From: Candidatus Methylomirabilota bacterium
GTDB taxonomy: Bacteria > Methylomirabilota > Methylomirabilia > Rokubacteriales > CSP1-6
Direction of reading: 5' to 3'
DNA: 37,894 nt
NCBI GenBank assembly: GCA_046726415.1
Contig: JBKPAK010000226.1
Location: 1 to 37,894 of the forward strand
Notes under the pieces: generated by a model
The model's input: the letters and a program-made list of their open reading frames with translations, nothing else
Database searches by the model: none
Told to the model about the DNA's origin: nothing
Position numbers and translations under genes: made by a program
Part shown: piece by piece, positions 19,213 to 28,933 of the stretch
Numbering within the stretch: position 1 is the stretch's first letter
How the letters are laid out: every line of letters begins with the position of its first letter

Positions 19213-19281
19213 GGCGCGATTCTACGTGAGGCGGCTGCGACCGCCCGTGGATTCCCATTAAGATGCGGGCGGAGGAGCCCC

Positions 19282-20112
19282 ATGGACTACGCCGATTACC
19301 AGCATCTGACCTTCGATCTCAAGCCGAATGGCGTCCTGCTCATCACCATCAACCGCCCCGAGGTACTCAATGCCACCAACGCGCGCCTTCACTGGGAGCT
19401 GACGCAGGTGTGGGGGACCATCGATGCCGATCCGCGGGCGCGGGTCGCCCTCGTCACCGGCGCGGGCAAGGCCTTCTCCGCGGGTGGGGATCTCGATCTG
19501 GTCGAGGAGATCTTCACGAACCCCGAGGCCGGCGCCCGTACCATGCGCGAGGCGGGAGATCTCGTCTACAACATGATCAACCTCGACAAGCCCATCGTCT
19601 CCGCGATCAACGGAGTGGCGGTGGGCGCGGGGCTCGTGGTGGCCCTCCTGGCCGACGTCAGCATCATGTCGGAGACCGCGCGCCTGACCGATGGACACAC
19701 GCGGCTGGGCGTGGCCGCCGGCGACCACGCCGCCATCATCTGGCCGCTCCTCTGCGGGATGGCCAAGGCCAAATACTATCTGCTCACCTGCGACTTCATC
19801 GACGGCCGTGAGGCCGAGCGCATCGGCCTGGTGAGCCTCTGCGCGCCGCCCGATCAGGTCCTGGCGCGGGCGTGGGACGTGGCCGATCGCCTCGCCGGCG
19901 GCGCTCAGCAGGCCATCCGCTACACCAAGCGCGCCCTGAACAACTGGCTGCGGCAGGCCGGTCCCATCTTCGATCAATCGCTGGCCCTGGAGATCTTGAC
20001 GTTCGGCCACGAAGACGTGCGCGAGGGCGTGCGCGCGCTCCGCGAGAAGCGCCCGCCTCGCTTTCCATCGGCGGGACCGCATGAGGCGGCGGCGAAGAAG
20101 ACTGCGCACTGA
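19282..20112 (+). CDS. Enoyl-CoA hydratase/isomerase family protein
   Basis: [54 protein letters not shown]. Confidence 0.92.
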   Translation: MDYADYQHLTFDLKPNGVLLITINRPEVLNATNARLHWELTQVWGTIDADPRARVALVTGAGKAFSAGGDLDLVEEIFTNPEAGARTMREAGDLVYNMINLDKPIVSAINGVAVGAGLVVALLADVSIMSETARLTDGHTRLGVAAGDHAAIIWPLLCGMAKAKYYLLTCDFIDGREAERIGLVSLCAPPDQVLARAWDVADRLAGGAQQAIRYTKRALNNWLRQAGPIFDQSLALEILTFGHEDVREGVRALREKRPPRFPSAGPHEAAAKKTAH

Positions 20113-20194
20113 TCGGATCGCCTCACGAGCATCCAGCGCATGGGTCGGCTCGCTGGGATTCGAGGTCGACCGGAAGGACCGGGTCGAGCGTGAC

Positions 20195-20782
20195 CTAGCG
20201 AATCGCGGGACGGGCCGCCAGCGCGCGGCGGGCCACGCGCTCGCCGGCGGCCAAGCGCGCACGGGCGGACGTCGCTTTGGCAAGAGTGCGGCGGCGCTGC
20301 TGGCCGACCCGCTCGACGACGTCGCCGTAGTCGGGGGCGAAGAGGGGCTCGAGGCCTCTGCGGATCTCACGGGCCAGAGCGGGGCTGCGACCTCCGGTGG
20401 ACACGGCGATCTGGAGTTCGCCGCGCCGGAGCACTGAGGGCGCGATGAAGTCGCAGTGCTGCGGCCGGTCGACCACGTTCACCAGCGCTCGGCGCCGGCG
20501 CGCTTCCTCGGCGACCTGCGCGTCGGTTGCGGTGACGCCTGTGGCCGCGATCACCACCGCGCAGCCCTGGACGTCTCGCCGGCGGAATGGCCGGGCGCGG
20601 TGATCGAGGGAACCTTCAGCCACCAGCGCAGCAAGGCTGTCGGTGAGCGTCGGGCTGACCAGCGTCACCGCGGCGCCACTGACGAGAAGGTCGCGGACCT
20701 TGCGCTCGCCAACGGGGCCGCCGCCGACCACGAGGCAGCGACGGCCGCGGAGATCAAGGAAGGCCGGGAAGTAGTCGGGCAC
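20195..20782 (-). CDS. Precorrin-2 dehydrogenase/sirohydrochlorin ferrochelatase (CysG N-terminal/SirC/Met8-like)
   Basis: YFPAFLDLRGRRCLVVGGG, VNVVDRP, CDF, IAVSTGGRSP. Confidence 0.9.
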   Translation of the reverse strand: MPDYFPAFLDLRGRRCLVVGGGPVGERKVRDLLVSGAAVTLVSPTLTDSLAALVAEGSLDHRARPFRRRDVQGCAVVIAATGVTATDAQVAEEARRRRALVNVVDRPQHCDFIAPSVLRRGELQIAVSTGGRSPALAREIRRGLEPLFAPDYGDVVERVGQQRRRTLAKATSARARLAAGERVARRALAARPAIR

Positions 20783-20823
20783 CGTCAGACCCAAGGGGAA
20801 GGCCGCGAGGAGGCCGGCACGCG

Positions 20824-21603
20824 TCAGGCTTTGAGGCTCGCGAGCAGGCGTGGCACGGCATCCGGCCCCGATAGCAGTGCGGGCGCCGCGGTCGGGCCGG
20901 TGATCAGGAGCGCGGGCGATGTCACCTCGGCCGCGCGAGCAGCGACGGCAATGTCGCAAAGGCGACCCGTCACCAGACGCTCGCCAACCATTCCCGCGCG
21001 CTCCACCACGAGGGCGGGATCGGCGGGATCGCGACCGAGGGCAACCAACCGATTGGTAATTGTATCGAGCGCGCGCACGGCCATGTAGAAGATCAGCGTT
21101 CCGTCCAGGCGCGCGAGCACTTCCCAGTCGAGATCGAGGGGCGAATGTCCGCTCTGGTCCGTTCCGGTAGCGAGCACCACTAGCGACGAACGGCCGCGGG
21201 CCGTCAGGGAGATGCCGGCGAGCGCAGACGCCGCCGTCGCCGCGGTGATGCCCGGGATGACTTCGAAATCGAGGCCGGCCGCGCGTACGGTCTGGATTTC
21301 CTCGGCGAGGCGCCCGAACAGCGACGGATCGCCTCCCTTGAGTCGCACGACCGATCCGTGACGCCGAGCAGACGTCACCAGGAGCGCGTTGATGGCGGCC
21401 TGAGGATAGCCGGCACCTCCCGGCGCCTTGCCGGCATCGATGACGCGCGCCCCGCCTCGTGTCTCGCCGAGTAGCTCACGCGGAATCAGTCGGTCGTGGA
21501 TGACCACCGCCGCCTCGCGGAGGCGGCGCAAGCCCTTGACGGTGATCAGCTCGGGATCGCCGGGGCCCGCTCCCACGAACGAGACCAACGGCGGCGGCCT
21601 CAC
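20824..21603 (-). CDS. cobA: Uroporphyrinogen-III C-methyltransferase
   Basis: VGAGPGDPELIT, VVRLKGGDP, FGR, PGITAA; GTGA overlap with nirA stop. Confidence 0.92.
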   Translation of the reverse strand: MRPPPLVSFVGAGPGDPELITVKGLRRLREAAVVIHDRLIPRELLGETRGGARVIDAGKAPGGAGYPQAAINALLVTSARRHGSVVRLKGGDPSLFGRLAEEIQTVRAAGLDFEVIPGITAATAASALAGISLTARGRSSLVVLATGTDQSGHSPLDLDWEVLARLDGTLIFYMAVRALDTITNRLVALGRDPADPALVVERAGMVGERLVTGRLCDIAVAARAAEVTSPALLITGPTAAPALLSGPDAVPRLLASLKA

Positions 21604-23105
21604 GACTCGGGATCCTTCCGCTCGCCGCGGGGGAGGAATCGGATCAACCGTTCGAGGACCGCCGGCAGCTCGTCGCACGGCATGTCCTCCAGGATGCGGA
21701 TGCCCGCGCGCGGATCCATCCCACCCCGTCCGCTCACGGAGACGTGCACGCCGTCGACGATCTTGCCGTTGACCTTGATCTTGCAGCCCTGCAGCCCGAT
21801 GTCAGCGGTGTGGTGGTTGCCGCAGGAGGCCGGGCAGCCGGACCAGCGCACACTGATCGGGCGCGTGCTGCCGATGCGCTGCTCCAGATCCCGGGCCAGG
21901 GCCATGGCGCGAGTTTTCGTGTCGATGAGGGCGAGATTGCAGAAGTCGGTACCCGTGCACGAGACCTGGCCGCGCATCACTTCCGACGGATTGTAGGGCA
22001 GCTCGCGCAGCAGCGGTTCCTGTGTGAGATCGCCCAACCGCGCGTCGGGCACGTGAGGGATGATCACGTTCTGCAGCGGTGTGACGCGCAGCTCCCCTTG
22101 CCCATAGATCTCCGAGAGCCGCGCCAGCTCGAAGAGCTGATCCGCGGTGACCCGACCCACGGGCGTCTTGAGGCCCACGTAGTTCAGCCCCCCCTGCTTC
22201 TGGCGGAAGATGCCGATGTGATCGGTCGTCCGCGGCAGGCGCGCCTCGCGGCCGGCGGACGGCAGCGGGCGCTTCAGTCGTTCCTCGAGCTCAGCCCGGA
22301 AGCGCGGCCCCCCCCACTCCTCGATCAGGAAGGCGAGCCTGGCTTTGCTGCGCGCCTCGCGTGGCCCGTGGTCCCGGTAGACGAGGGCGATGGTGGCGCA
22401 GACCTCGGCCGCCTCGTCCGGGAGGACGAACGCATCGAGCGGCGTGGCGAACGTCGGACCACCCGAGCCCTGCTTGCCGCCGACGGCCAGGTTGAACCCC
22501 GCCACGTCGCCGTCTGCGGTCGCGCGCACGGCAGGCGTCATGGAGATGTCTTGCGTCTCAGGGCCCGTACAGTTCTCGAGGCAGCCGGTGATGGTGACGT
22601 TGAACTTGCGCGGCAGGTTGGTGAAGGCCTTGTTGCCGAGAAAGATCTGCTGGAAGGCCGCCGCGATGGGAGCGGTCTCCACCAGCTCACGAGGGGTGAG
22701 GCCGGTGGCGGGACAGCCGACGATGCCGCGGATGTTGTCCATCCCTGTCTGGAGACTCGAGAGGCCGGCGGCATTCAGACGATCCACGACGCCGGGGACG
22801 TTCTCGATGGTCACCCAGCGGAGCTGCACCTGCTGGCGCGTGCTGATGTCGGCGATGTTGCGCCCGGACTCCCGCGTGATCTCGGCGAGCAGGCGCGCCT
22901 GGGCGGCGGTCACGATGCCGTTGGGCATGCGGATGCGCATCATGAAGTGACCGGGCGTGGGCCGGCGATGGAAGACGCCCACCCACTTCAACCGCTCCTT
23001 GTCGTCGTCAGCGATCGTCTTCCAGCCCTCGCGCGCGAAACGGATCAGATCCTCGGTGACGTCGAGGCCGTCGCGCGCAGCCTTGAGCGCTTCGATCTTG
23101 TTCAT
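21600..23105 (-). CDS. nirA: Ferredoxin-nitrite reductase (siroheme, 4Fe-4S)
   Basis: FMMRIRMPNG, TRQQVQLR, TNLPRKFN, CTGTDFC...SGCPASC; ATGA overlap with nitrate reductase. Confidence 0.92.
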   Translation of the reverse strand: MNKIEALKAARDGLDVTEDLIRFAREGWKTIADDDKERLKWVGVFHRRPTPGHFMMRIRMPNGIVTAAQARLLAEITRESGRNIADISTRQQVQLRWVTIENVPGVVDRLNAAGLSSLQTGMDNIRGIVGCPATGLTPRELVETAPIAAAFQQIFLGNKAFTNLPRKFNVTITGCLENCTGPETQDISMTPAVRATADGDVAGFNLAVGGKQGSGGPTFATPLDAFVLPDEAAEVCATIALVYRDHGPREARSKARLAFLIEEWGGPRFRAELEERLKRPLPSAGREARLPRTTDHIGIFRQKQGGLNYVGLKTPVGRVTADQLFELARLSEIYGQGELRVTPLQNVIIPHVPDARLGDLTQEPLLRELPYNPSEVMRGQVSCTGTDFCNLALIDTKTRAMALARDLEQRIGSTRPISVRWSGCPASCGNHHTADIGLQGCKIKVNGKIVDGVHVSVSGRGGMDPRAGIRILEDMPCDELPAVLERLIRFLPRGERKDPES

Positions 23106-25231
23106 CGCGGGATCTCCACGAGACGGCGGAGCCGCACCGCGCAGGCCTTCAGTTCTGGCTGCTTCGAGAGCGGATCGCGCGCGCTCAGCGTCAGGTTGTT
23201 GGCGCTCTTGTAGAAACCCAGCCGCCGGCCCCAGTGGAAGGGCAGGAAGCACATCCCCTCGCGGATGGCCGCACTCACCCGGCATTGCGCGACGACCTTC
23301 CCGCGCCGCGACACCACCTCCACGAAGTCGCCGTCTTGCAGTCCGGCCTGCGCGGCATCGCGCGCGTTCACCTCGAGTAGAGGCTCGGGTGTCCGCGCCG
23401 CCAGGGCCGGCGCCTTGCCCGTCCGGGTGAGGGTGTGCCAGTGGTCGCGCACCCGGCCGGTGGTGAGGGTCAGCGGGAACGTCGCATCCACGCGTTCCAC
23501 GGGTTCGTCGTGCTCGACGGCCACGAAGCGCGCCCGTCCGTCCGGGGTCGGAAACGCGCCGTCGGTATAGAGACGCTCCGTCCCGGGGTGACCGGGCGCC
23601 GGCACCGGCCACTGAAGCGGCCCCTCGCTGCTCAGACGCGCGTGGCTCAGGCCCGCGTAGTCGCAGGCCGTGCCGGCGGTGAGCGCCGCGAACTCGGAGA
23701 AGATGTCAGCGGTGCTCGCGTAGGGGAAGGCGTCCTTCCATCCCATCTCGTGCGCGAAGCGGGTGATGATCACGGCATCGGGCAGCGCCTCCCCTGGCGG
23801 TTCCGTGAGCTTCGGCAGGTACGTCAGGCGGCGCTCGGAGTTGGTCATGACGCCGTCCTTCTCGGGCCACTGGGCGGCGGGCAGGAGGACATCGGCGAAG
23901 CGGGTGGTCTCCGTCGGATGGTAGGCGTCCTGCACGATCACCAGTTCGGCCTGGCGGAGCGCCTTTTCCACCCGGTCGAGATCCGGCATGGAGGCGGCCG
24001 GGTTGGTGCAGATGATCCACACCGCGCGCACCTCGCCGGCGGCGAGCCCCTCGAAGATTTCCAGCGCCGACCGCCCGGGCTGCGGCGAGATGGTGTTCTC
24101 CGGCACGCCCCACGCGCCTTCGACGAGCGCGCGGGCCCGCGCGTCGGTGATGAGCCGGTAGCCGGGGAGCAGATGCGACAGGCCCCCGGTCTCTCGCCCG
24201 CCCATAGCGTTCGGCTGCCCGGTGAGAGAGAACGGTCCCGCTCCGGGTCGGCCGATCTGTCCGGTCGCCAGATGCAGGTTGATGATCGCGGTGTTCTTGT
24301 CGGTACCGACGTGGCTCTGGTTGACTCCCATGCTCCAGAGGCTCAGCGCGGCGCGGGCCACGCCGAACCGGCGCGCCGCCATGCGAATGGTCTCGGACGA
24401 AAGGCCGGTGATGGCCCCGGCGCGCTCCGGCGGATAGCGCTCGATCACCGCCTGCACCGCCTCCCACCCGGAGGTGTGCTCGTCGATGAAGCGCGCGTCG
24501 AGTCGGCCCTCCTGACAGAGCACGTGCAGCATGCCGTGGAGCAGCGCGATGTCCGATCCGGGCCGCAGGGCGAGATGCAGGTCGGCGATATCTGCGGTCT
24601 CCGTCCACCGGGGATCGGCGACCATGACGAAGACGTCGTCGGGCCGGGCGAGCTTGCGCCGCCGAATGCGCTTGAACGTGATGGGGTGGCAGTCGGCGGT
24701 GTTGGTGCCGATCAGGAAGAAGCAGTCTGACTGCTCGATGTCCGCGTAGGCGGCCGGCGGGCCGTCCGAGCCCAGGGAGCGCGCGTAGCCGGCCGCGGGC
24801 GAGGCCATGCAGAGCCGCGAGTTCGTGTCGAAGTTGTTGGTGCGCAGGAAGCCCTTGGCGAGTTTGGACGCGACGTAATACTCCTCTGTGAGGAGCTGGC
24901 CCGACGCGTAGAACGCCACCGCGTCGGGCCCGTGCGCGGCCGCGATCTCGCGAAGGCGCTCGGCAATGAAGCGAAGGGCGAGGTCCCACGGCACCTGCTC
25001 GAGGGGGGCGTCCCGCCGCGGCCGGATCTGCGGGACGCACAACCGATCGTCGGTCTTCAGCGTGGGTGGAAGGTGCACGGCCTTGGCGCAGACGTCGCCG
25101 AGGTTGGCCGGGTGGGTGGGGTCACCCTTCACCCTGGTCACCGCCCCCGCCTCGACCCTGACGACGAGGCCGCAGCCCACGCCGCAGTACGGGCACAGAG
25201 TCCGGTGCCAGACACCGTTCACCGTCGCCAC
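23102..25231 (-). CDS. narB: Assimilatory nitrate reductase catalytic subunit (NarB/NasA-type, Mo-bisPGD)
   Basis: CPYCGVGC...C-A-K, NFDTNSRLCM, SLTGQPNAMGGRE, TTGRVRDHWHT, DPLSKQPELK. Confidence 0.9.
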   Translation of the reverse strand: MATVNGVWHRTLCPYCGVGCGLVVRVEAGAVTRVKGDPTHPANLGDVCAKAVHLPPTLKTDDRLCVPQIRPRRDAPLEQVPWDLALRFIAERLREIAAAHGPDAVAFYASGQLLTEEYYVASKLAKGFLRTNNFDTNSRLCMASPAAGYARSLGSDGPPAAYADIEQSDCFFLIGTNTADCHPITFKRIRRRKLARPDDVFVMVADPRWTETADIADLHLALRPGSDIALLHGMLHVLCQEGRLDARFIDEHTSGWEAVQAVIERYPPERAGAITGLSSETIRMAARRFGVARAALSLWSMGVNQSHVGTDKNTAIINLHLATGQIGRPGAGPFSLTGQPNAMGGRETGGLSHLLPGYRLITDARARALVEGAWGVPENTISPQPGRSALEIFEGLAAGEVRAVWIICTNPAASMPDLDRVEKALRQAELVIVQDAYHPTETTRFADVLLPAAQWPEKDGVMTNSERRLTYLPKLTEPPGEALPDAVIITRFAHEMGWKDAFPYASTADIFSEFAALTAGTACDYAGLSHARLSSEGPLQWPVPAPGHPGTERLYTDGAFPTPDGRARFVAVEHDEPVERVDATFPLTLTTGRVRDHWHTLTRTGKAPALAARTPEPLLEVNARDAAQAGLQDGDFVEVVSRRGKVVAQCRVSAAIREGMCFLPFHWGRRLGFYKSANNLTLSARDPLSKQPELKACAVRLRRLVEIPR

Positions 25232-25234
25232 CGC

Positions 25235-26005
25235 TCACGCTCCGGCGTGCGCCCGCTCCTCGAGGAAGCCGAGGATCGAATCGCGAAGCCAGAAATAGTC
25301 TGGACGGGCGAGGATCTCTTCTCGCCGCCGCGGCCGCGGGAAGGGCACGTCGATGATCTCGCCGATCGTCGCCGCCGGACCGTTGGTCATCATGGCGATA
25401 CGGTCGGCCAGCAGGAGCGCCTCGTCGACGTCGTGGGTGACCATGATGACGGTCTTGCGCGTCTCCTCCCACAAGGTCATGAGCTGGTCCTGCAGCTCCA
25501 TGCGCGTCAGCGCATCGAGCAAGGAAAACGGCTCGTCGAGCAGGAGCAGGCGCGGCTGGAGGGCGAAGGCGCGGGCGATACCCACCCGTTGCTGCATCCC
25601 GGCCGACATCTCGCGCGGATAGCGATCACCCATCCCGGACAGGCCTACGGCGTCGAGATACGCGTCGGCCGGGGGAGCGCCGGCCACGCGGACCTGGTCG
25701 AGGGCGAGGCGGACGTTGTCGCGGATCGACATCCACGGCAAGAGCGTGGCCGACTGGAAGACGACGCCGCGATCGGTGCCAGGGCCATCGACTTCGCGCC
25801 CCCCGATGACCACGCCCCCGGTCGACGGCGTGTTGAGCCCCATCAGGATCGAGAGCACCGTGGTCTTCCCGCACCCGGAGTGGCCGAGCAGGCAGACGAA
25901 CTCCCCCTCGGCGACGTACAGGGTGAAGTCCCGGACAATGACCGCCGGGCCGGTGGGCGTGTCGTAGGTCTTGCCGAGCTGCGCGATCTCGACGAACGCC
26001 GCCAT
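25235..26005 (-). CDS. nrtD: Nitrate ABC transporter ATP-binding protein (NrtD-like)
   Basis: GHSGCGKT, DEPFSLLDALTR, THDVDEA, MMTNGPAATIG. Confidence 0.88.
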   Translation of the reverse strand: MAAFVEIAQLGKTYDTPTGPAVIVRDFTLYVAEGEFVCLLGHSGCGKTTVLSILMGLNTPSTGGVVIGGREVDGPGTDRGVVFQSATLLPWMSIRDNVRLALDQVRVAGAPPADAYLDAVGLSGMGDRYPREMSAGMQQRVGIARAFALQPRLLLLDEPFSLLDALTRMELQDQLMTLWEETRKTVIMVTHDVDEALLLADRIAMMTNGPAATIGEIIDVPFPRPRRREEILARPDYFWLRDSILGFLEERAHAGA

Positions 26006-26009
26006 CGAT

Positions 26010-26789
26010 TCAGCTCGCCCGGCGGCACGCGCGCAGGAACTCCACGATGCCCTGGCGCGCCTTCTGGTAGGCGGGCGTCAAGCTCATGTGGCGGCGTTCG
26101 CGAGGCCGCGGGAGGCCGACCTCGATCGGCGGTCCGAGCACGGCGCCGGGGCCTGGTGTCATCGGATAGATGCGGTCGGCGAGGAGAATCGCCTCGTCGA
26201 CGTCGTTGGTCACGAGGATCACCGTCGAGCGGCGCACGCCCCAGATCCGGAGCAACTCGTCCTGCAAGGTGGCCCGCGTGAGAGCGTCGAGGGCGCTGAA
26301 CGGCTCGTCCATGAGGAGCACCTTGGGCTCCATGGCCAGGCCGCGCGCCACCGCCACCCGCTGGCGCATCCCGCCCGAGAGCTCGCCGGGTCGCTTGCTC
26401 ACGGCGGGAGTGAGGTTGACGAGATCGATGAACTCCTTGGTCAGCGCCTGGCGTTCACGGGCCGGGCGCGAGGGGTTCACGGCATCGACGGCGAGGGCCA
26501 CGTTCTCGTAGACGGTCATCCAGGGCAACAGCGAGTACTGCTGGAAGACGATGCCGCGCTCGGGACCGGGTTCGACCACGCGCGCACCATCCAGGATGAT
26601 CTCGCCGGCATCGGGCGCGATGAGACCGCCGATGAGCGAGATCAGTGTGGTTTTGCCGGAGCCGGAGTAGCCGACGATGGCCACGAACTCGCCTGCCTCC
26701 AGGGTCAGCGTGGCCCCGCCCAGGACGCGCGTAGTGCCGCGCGGGGTGACGTAGGACTTCTCGACGGCCTTGACCTCGAGGTACGGCAT
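26010..26789 (-). CDS. nrtC: Nitrate ABC transporter ATP-binding protein (NrtC-like, no C-terminal NrtA-like domain)
   Basis: GYSGSGKT, LSGGMRQR, DEPFSALDALTR, TNDVDEA. Confidence 0.85.
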   Translation of the reverse strand: MPYLEVKAVEKSYVTPRGTTRVLGGATLTLEAGEFVAIVGYSGSGKTTLISLIGGLIAPDAGEIILDGARVVEPGPERGIVFQQYSLLPWMTVYENVALAVDAVNPSRPARERQALTKEFIDLVNLTPAVSKRPGELSGGMRQRVAVARGLAMEPKVLLMDEPFSALDALTRATLQDELLRIWGVRRSTVILVTNDVDEAILLADRIYPMTPGPGAVLGPPIEVGLPRPRERRHMSLTPAYQKARQGIVEFLRACRRAS

Positions 26790-26793
26790 CGGA

Positions 26794-27564
26794 CTAGCCC
26801 GCCTTGATTCGCGCTTCGATGAAGCCCATCAGCCGGTCGAGCAGGAGACCGATGGCCCCGATCGTGATGACGCTCAGGATGATGTGGGAGTAGACGAGGC
26901 TGTTGTATTCCTGCCAGAGGAACCCGCCCACGCCCGGCGTTCCCGTGAGCATCTCGGCGGCGACGATGACGAGCCAGGCCAGCCCCAGTGACAGGCGGTA
27001 GCCCGTGAAGATGTAGGGGATCGTGGCGGGGACGATGATCTTGACCAGCATCTTCCAGCGGGAGAGCTTGAGCACGCGGCCGACGTTCAGATAGTCCTGG
27101 CTGATGCTGCGCACCCCCACCGCGGTGTTGATCACCGTCGGCCACATGGCGCAGAGGGCGATGGTGAACACTGCCGCCGGCTCCGACTTCTGGAAGATCA
27201 CCAGGCCCAGCGGCAGCCAGGCCAGCGGCGAGATGGGCCGCATGAACTGGACGATCGGATCGAAGGAGCGGTGAAAGGTCGCCGACAGGCCGAGCAAGAA
27301 ACCGATTGGAGTGCCGATGGCCAGGGCCAGCGCGAACCCCTTGGCCACCCGCACCAGCGAGTAGAAGGCGAGGCGGCCGATGCCCTGGTTCATCTCGCCA
27401 TCCTTGAAGAACGGCTCCAGGACGTAGCGACGCGATTCGCTCCATGTGCGCCATGGCGAGGGCAGATCAGGGGCGACGGTCTGACTGAGCAGGCTCCAGA
27501 CCAGAAGGACCCCGAGGCCGCCCAGGAGCGGGAGCACCATCTTCTTCAGCCCGTCCTGCGTCAT
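26794..27564 (-). CDS. nrtB: Nitrate ABC transporter permease
   Basis: RPISPLAWLP, WPTVINTAVGV, AWLVIVAAEML. Confidence 0.92.
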   Translation of the reverse strand: MTQDGLKKMVLPLLGGLGVLLVWSLLSQTVAPDLPSPWRTWSESRRYVLEPFFKDGEMNQGIGRLAFYSLVRVAKGFALALAIGTPIGFLLGLSATFHRSFDPIVQFMRPISPLAWLPLGLVIFQKSEPAAVFTIALCAMWPTVINTAVGVRSISQDYLNVGRVLKLSRWKMLVKIIVPATIPYIFTGYRLSLGLAWLVIVAAEMLTGTPGVGGFLWQEYNSLVYSHIILSVITIGAIGLLLDRLMGFIEARIKAG

Positions 27565-27573
27565 ACGCGCCTC

Positions 27574-28812
27574 CTAGGCCATCGAGTTGACGGGGAAACT
27601 CTTCGCGTACTTCTCCGGCTCGGCGGGATCGAAGGTCACGCCGTCCCAGAAGGTCTCCTTCTTCATGTCCTCGCGCGGCGCCTCGACCCCCGTCTCCTTG
27701 GCCACTTCGCGGAAGATGTCCGGACGGTGGACGCGGTCGACGATGCCCTTGTAGTCAGGGGGCTCCTTGACCATGCCCCAGCGCCGGAACTGGCTCAGCC
27801 ACCACACACCGTGGGATTTGAGCGGGAAATTGGTGTAGCGGTCGAAGAAGGTCATGTAGTACTTGTCCTTCTCCTTGCGGCCGTCGCCGTAGTCGATGTC
27901 GCCGAGGAGGCGGCCGAGGATGACCTCCTTGCTGGTGTTGATGTATTGGGGCTGGGAGACGACCTCGACCATCCGGGGGCGGTTCTCCAGCTTGTCGATC
28001 CACTGGCTCGCCTCCAGCACGGCGCGCATGACGGCCTTCACTGTCTTGGGGTTCTTCTGGGCGTAATCCTCCGTGAAGGCAAGCACCTTCTCGGGGTGGT
28101 CCTTCCACATCTGCTGGGTCGTGGTGGCGGTGAAGCCGATGCCGTCGGTGATGGCGCGGGCAGGCCAGGGCTCCCCCACGCAATAGCCGTCCATCTTACC
28201 CACCTTCATGTTGGCGACCATCTGAGGCGGTGGGATCGTGATGAGGGTCGAATCGCGGTCGGGATTGATCCCACCCGAGGCAAGCCAGTAGCGGATCCAC
28301 ATCGCGTGGGTGCCGGGCGGGTAGGTCATGGCGAACGTCATCGGCGAGCCCTTCGCCTTCGCCTCCATGACGAGCGGCTTGAGTTGCTGCGGCGTCTTTA
28401 CGCCCTTATCGAGAAGGGCCTTGGTGAGAGTGATCGCCTGCCCGTTCCGGTTCAGATAGAACGGGATGATCATGGGCTTCACTGGCGCGCCGAGAAGTCC
28501 CATCGTCGATGCGTAGGGCATGCCCAGCAGCATGTGGGTGGCCTGGTTCTCGCCGAGGGAGAGGCGGTCGCGAATGACGGCCCACGACGCTTCCTTCGAA
28601 ATCGTCGCTTCGATTCCGTACTTTTTGAACAGGCCCAGATCGTGGGCCATCACGATCGAGGAACAGTCCGTGAGCGCGATGATGCCGACGCGGACCTTCG
28701 GGCTCTCGGGCGCGTCCGAGGCGTAGGCGCCTCCGACCCAGCCGGCCGGCAGCCCGGCCAGCAGGGCGCCGGCTCCCGCCGACGCGATGAACTCACGGCG
28801 ATTGACGTTCAT
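27574..28812 (-). CDS. nrtA: Nitrate ABC transporter substrate-binding protein (NrtA/CmpA family), Tat signal
   Basis: NRREF twin-arginine motif, GIIALTD, NGQAIT, MTYPPGTH, PPPQMVAN, CVGEPW, HPEK. Confidence 0.92.
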   Translation of the reverse strand: MNVNRREFIASAGAGALLAGLPAGWVGGAYASDAPESPKVRVGIIALTDCSSIVMAHDLGLFKKYGIEATISKEASWAVIRDRLSLGENQATHMLLGMPYASTMGLLGAPVKPMIIPFYLNRNGQAITLTKALLDKGVKTPQQLKPLVMEAKAKGSPMTFAMTYPPGTHAMWIRYWLASGGINPDRDSTLITIPPPQMVANMKVGKMDGYCVGEPWPARAITDGIGFTATTTQQMWKDHPEKVLAFTEDYAQKNPKTVKAVMRAVLEASQWIDKLENRPRMVEVVSQPQYINTSKEVILGRLLGDIDYGDGRKEKDKYYMTFFDRYTNFPLKSHGVWWLSQFRRWGMVKEPPDYKGIVDRVHRPDIFREVAKETGVEAPREDMKKETFWDGVTFDPAEPEKYAKSFPVNSMA

Positions 28813-28831
28813 GGTCCGGATCTCCCTTGGG

Positions 28832-28870
28832 AAGAAAAACGGTGCCGCCCTCTCGAGTGAGGGCCGCACC
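28832..28870 (-). terminator. Intrinsic terminator (attenuator) in the nrtA 5' leader
   Basis: mRNA GGUGC-G-GCCCUC-ACUCGA-GAGGGC-G-GCACC followed by GUUUUUCUU, between promoter and nrtA start. Confidence 0.8.
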
Positions 28871-28875
28871 TTTGC
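28866..28875 (-). promoter_or_regulatory. Candidate ANTAR-binding hairpin overlapping the terminator 5' arm
   Basis: GC-AAAGGU-GC: hexaloop with A at position 1 and G at position 4; only a 2-bp stem. Confidence 0.55.
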
Positions 28876-28917
28876 CTTGCTGGAGCCTGACGTGAAGCTC
28901 CGCTCGTCCGCGAAAAC

Positions 28918-28933
28918 TGCAGTCGCCGTGCCA
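28918..28933 (-). promoter_or_regulatory. Sigma54 (-24/-12) promoter of the nitrate assimilation operon
   Basis: TGGCAC-GGCGA-CTGCA versus consensus TGGCAC-N5-TTGCW, with correct GG-N10-GC spacing. Confidence 0.8.
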
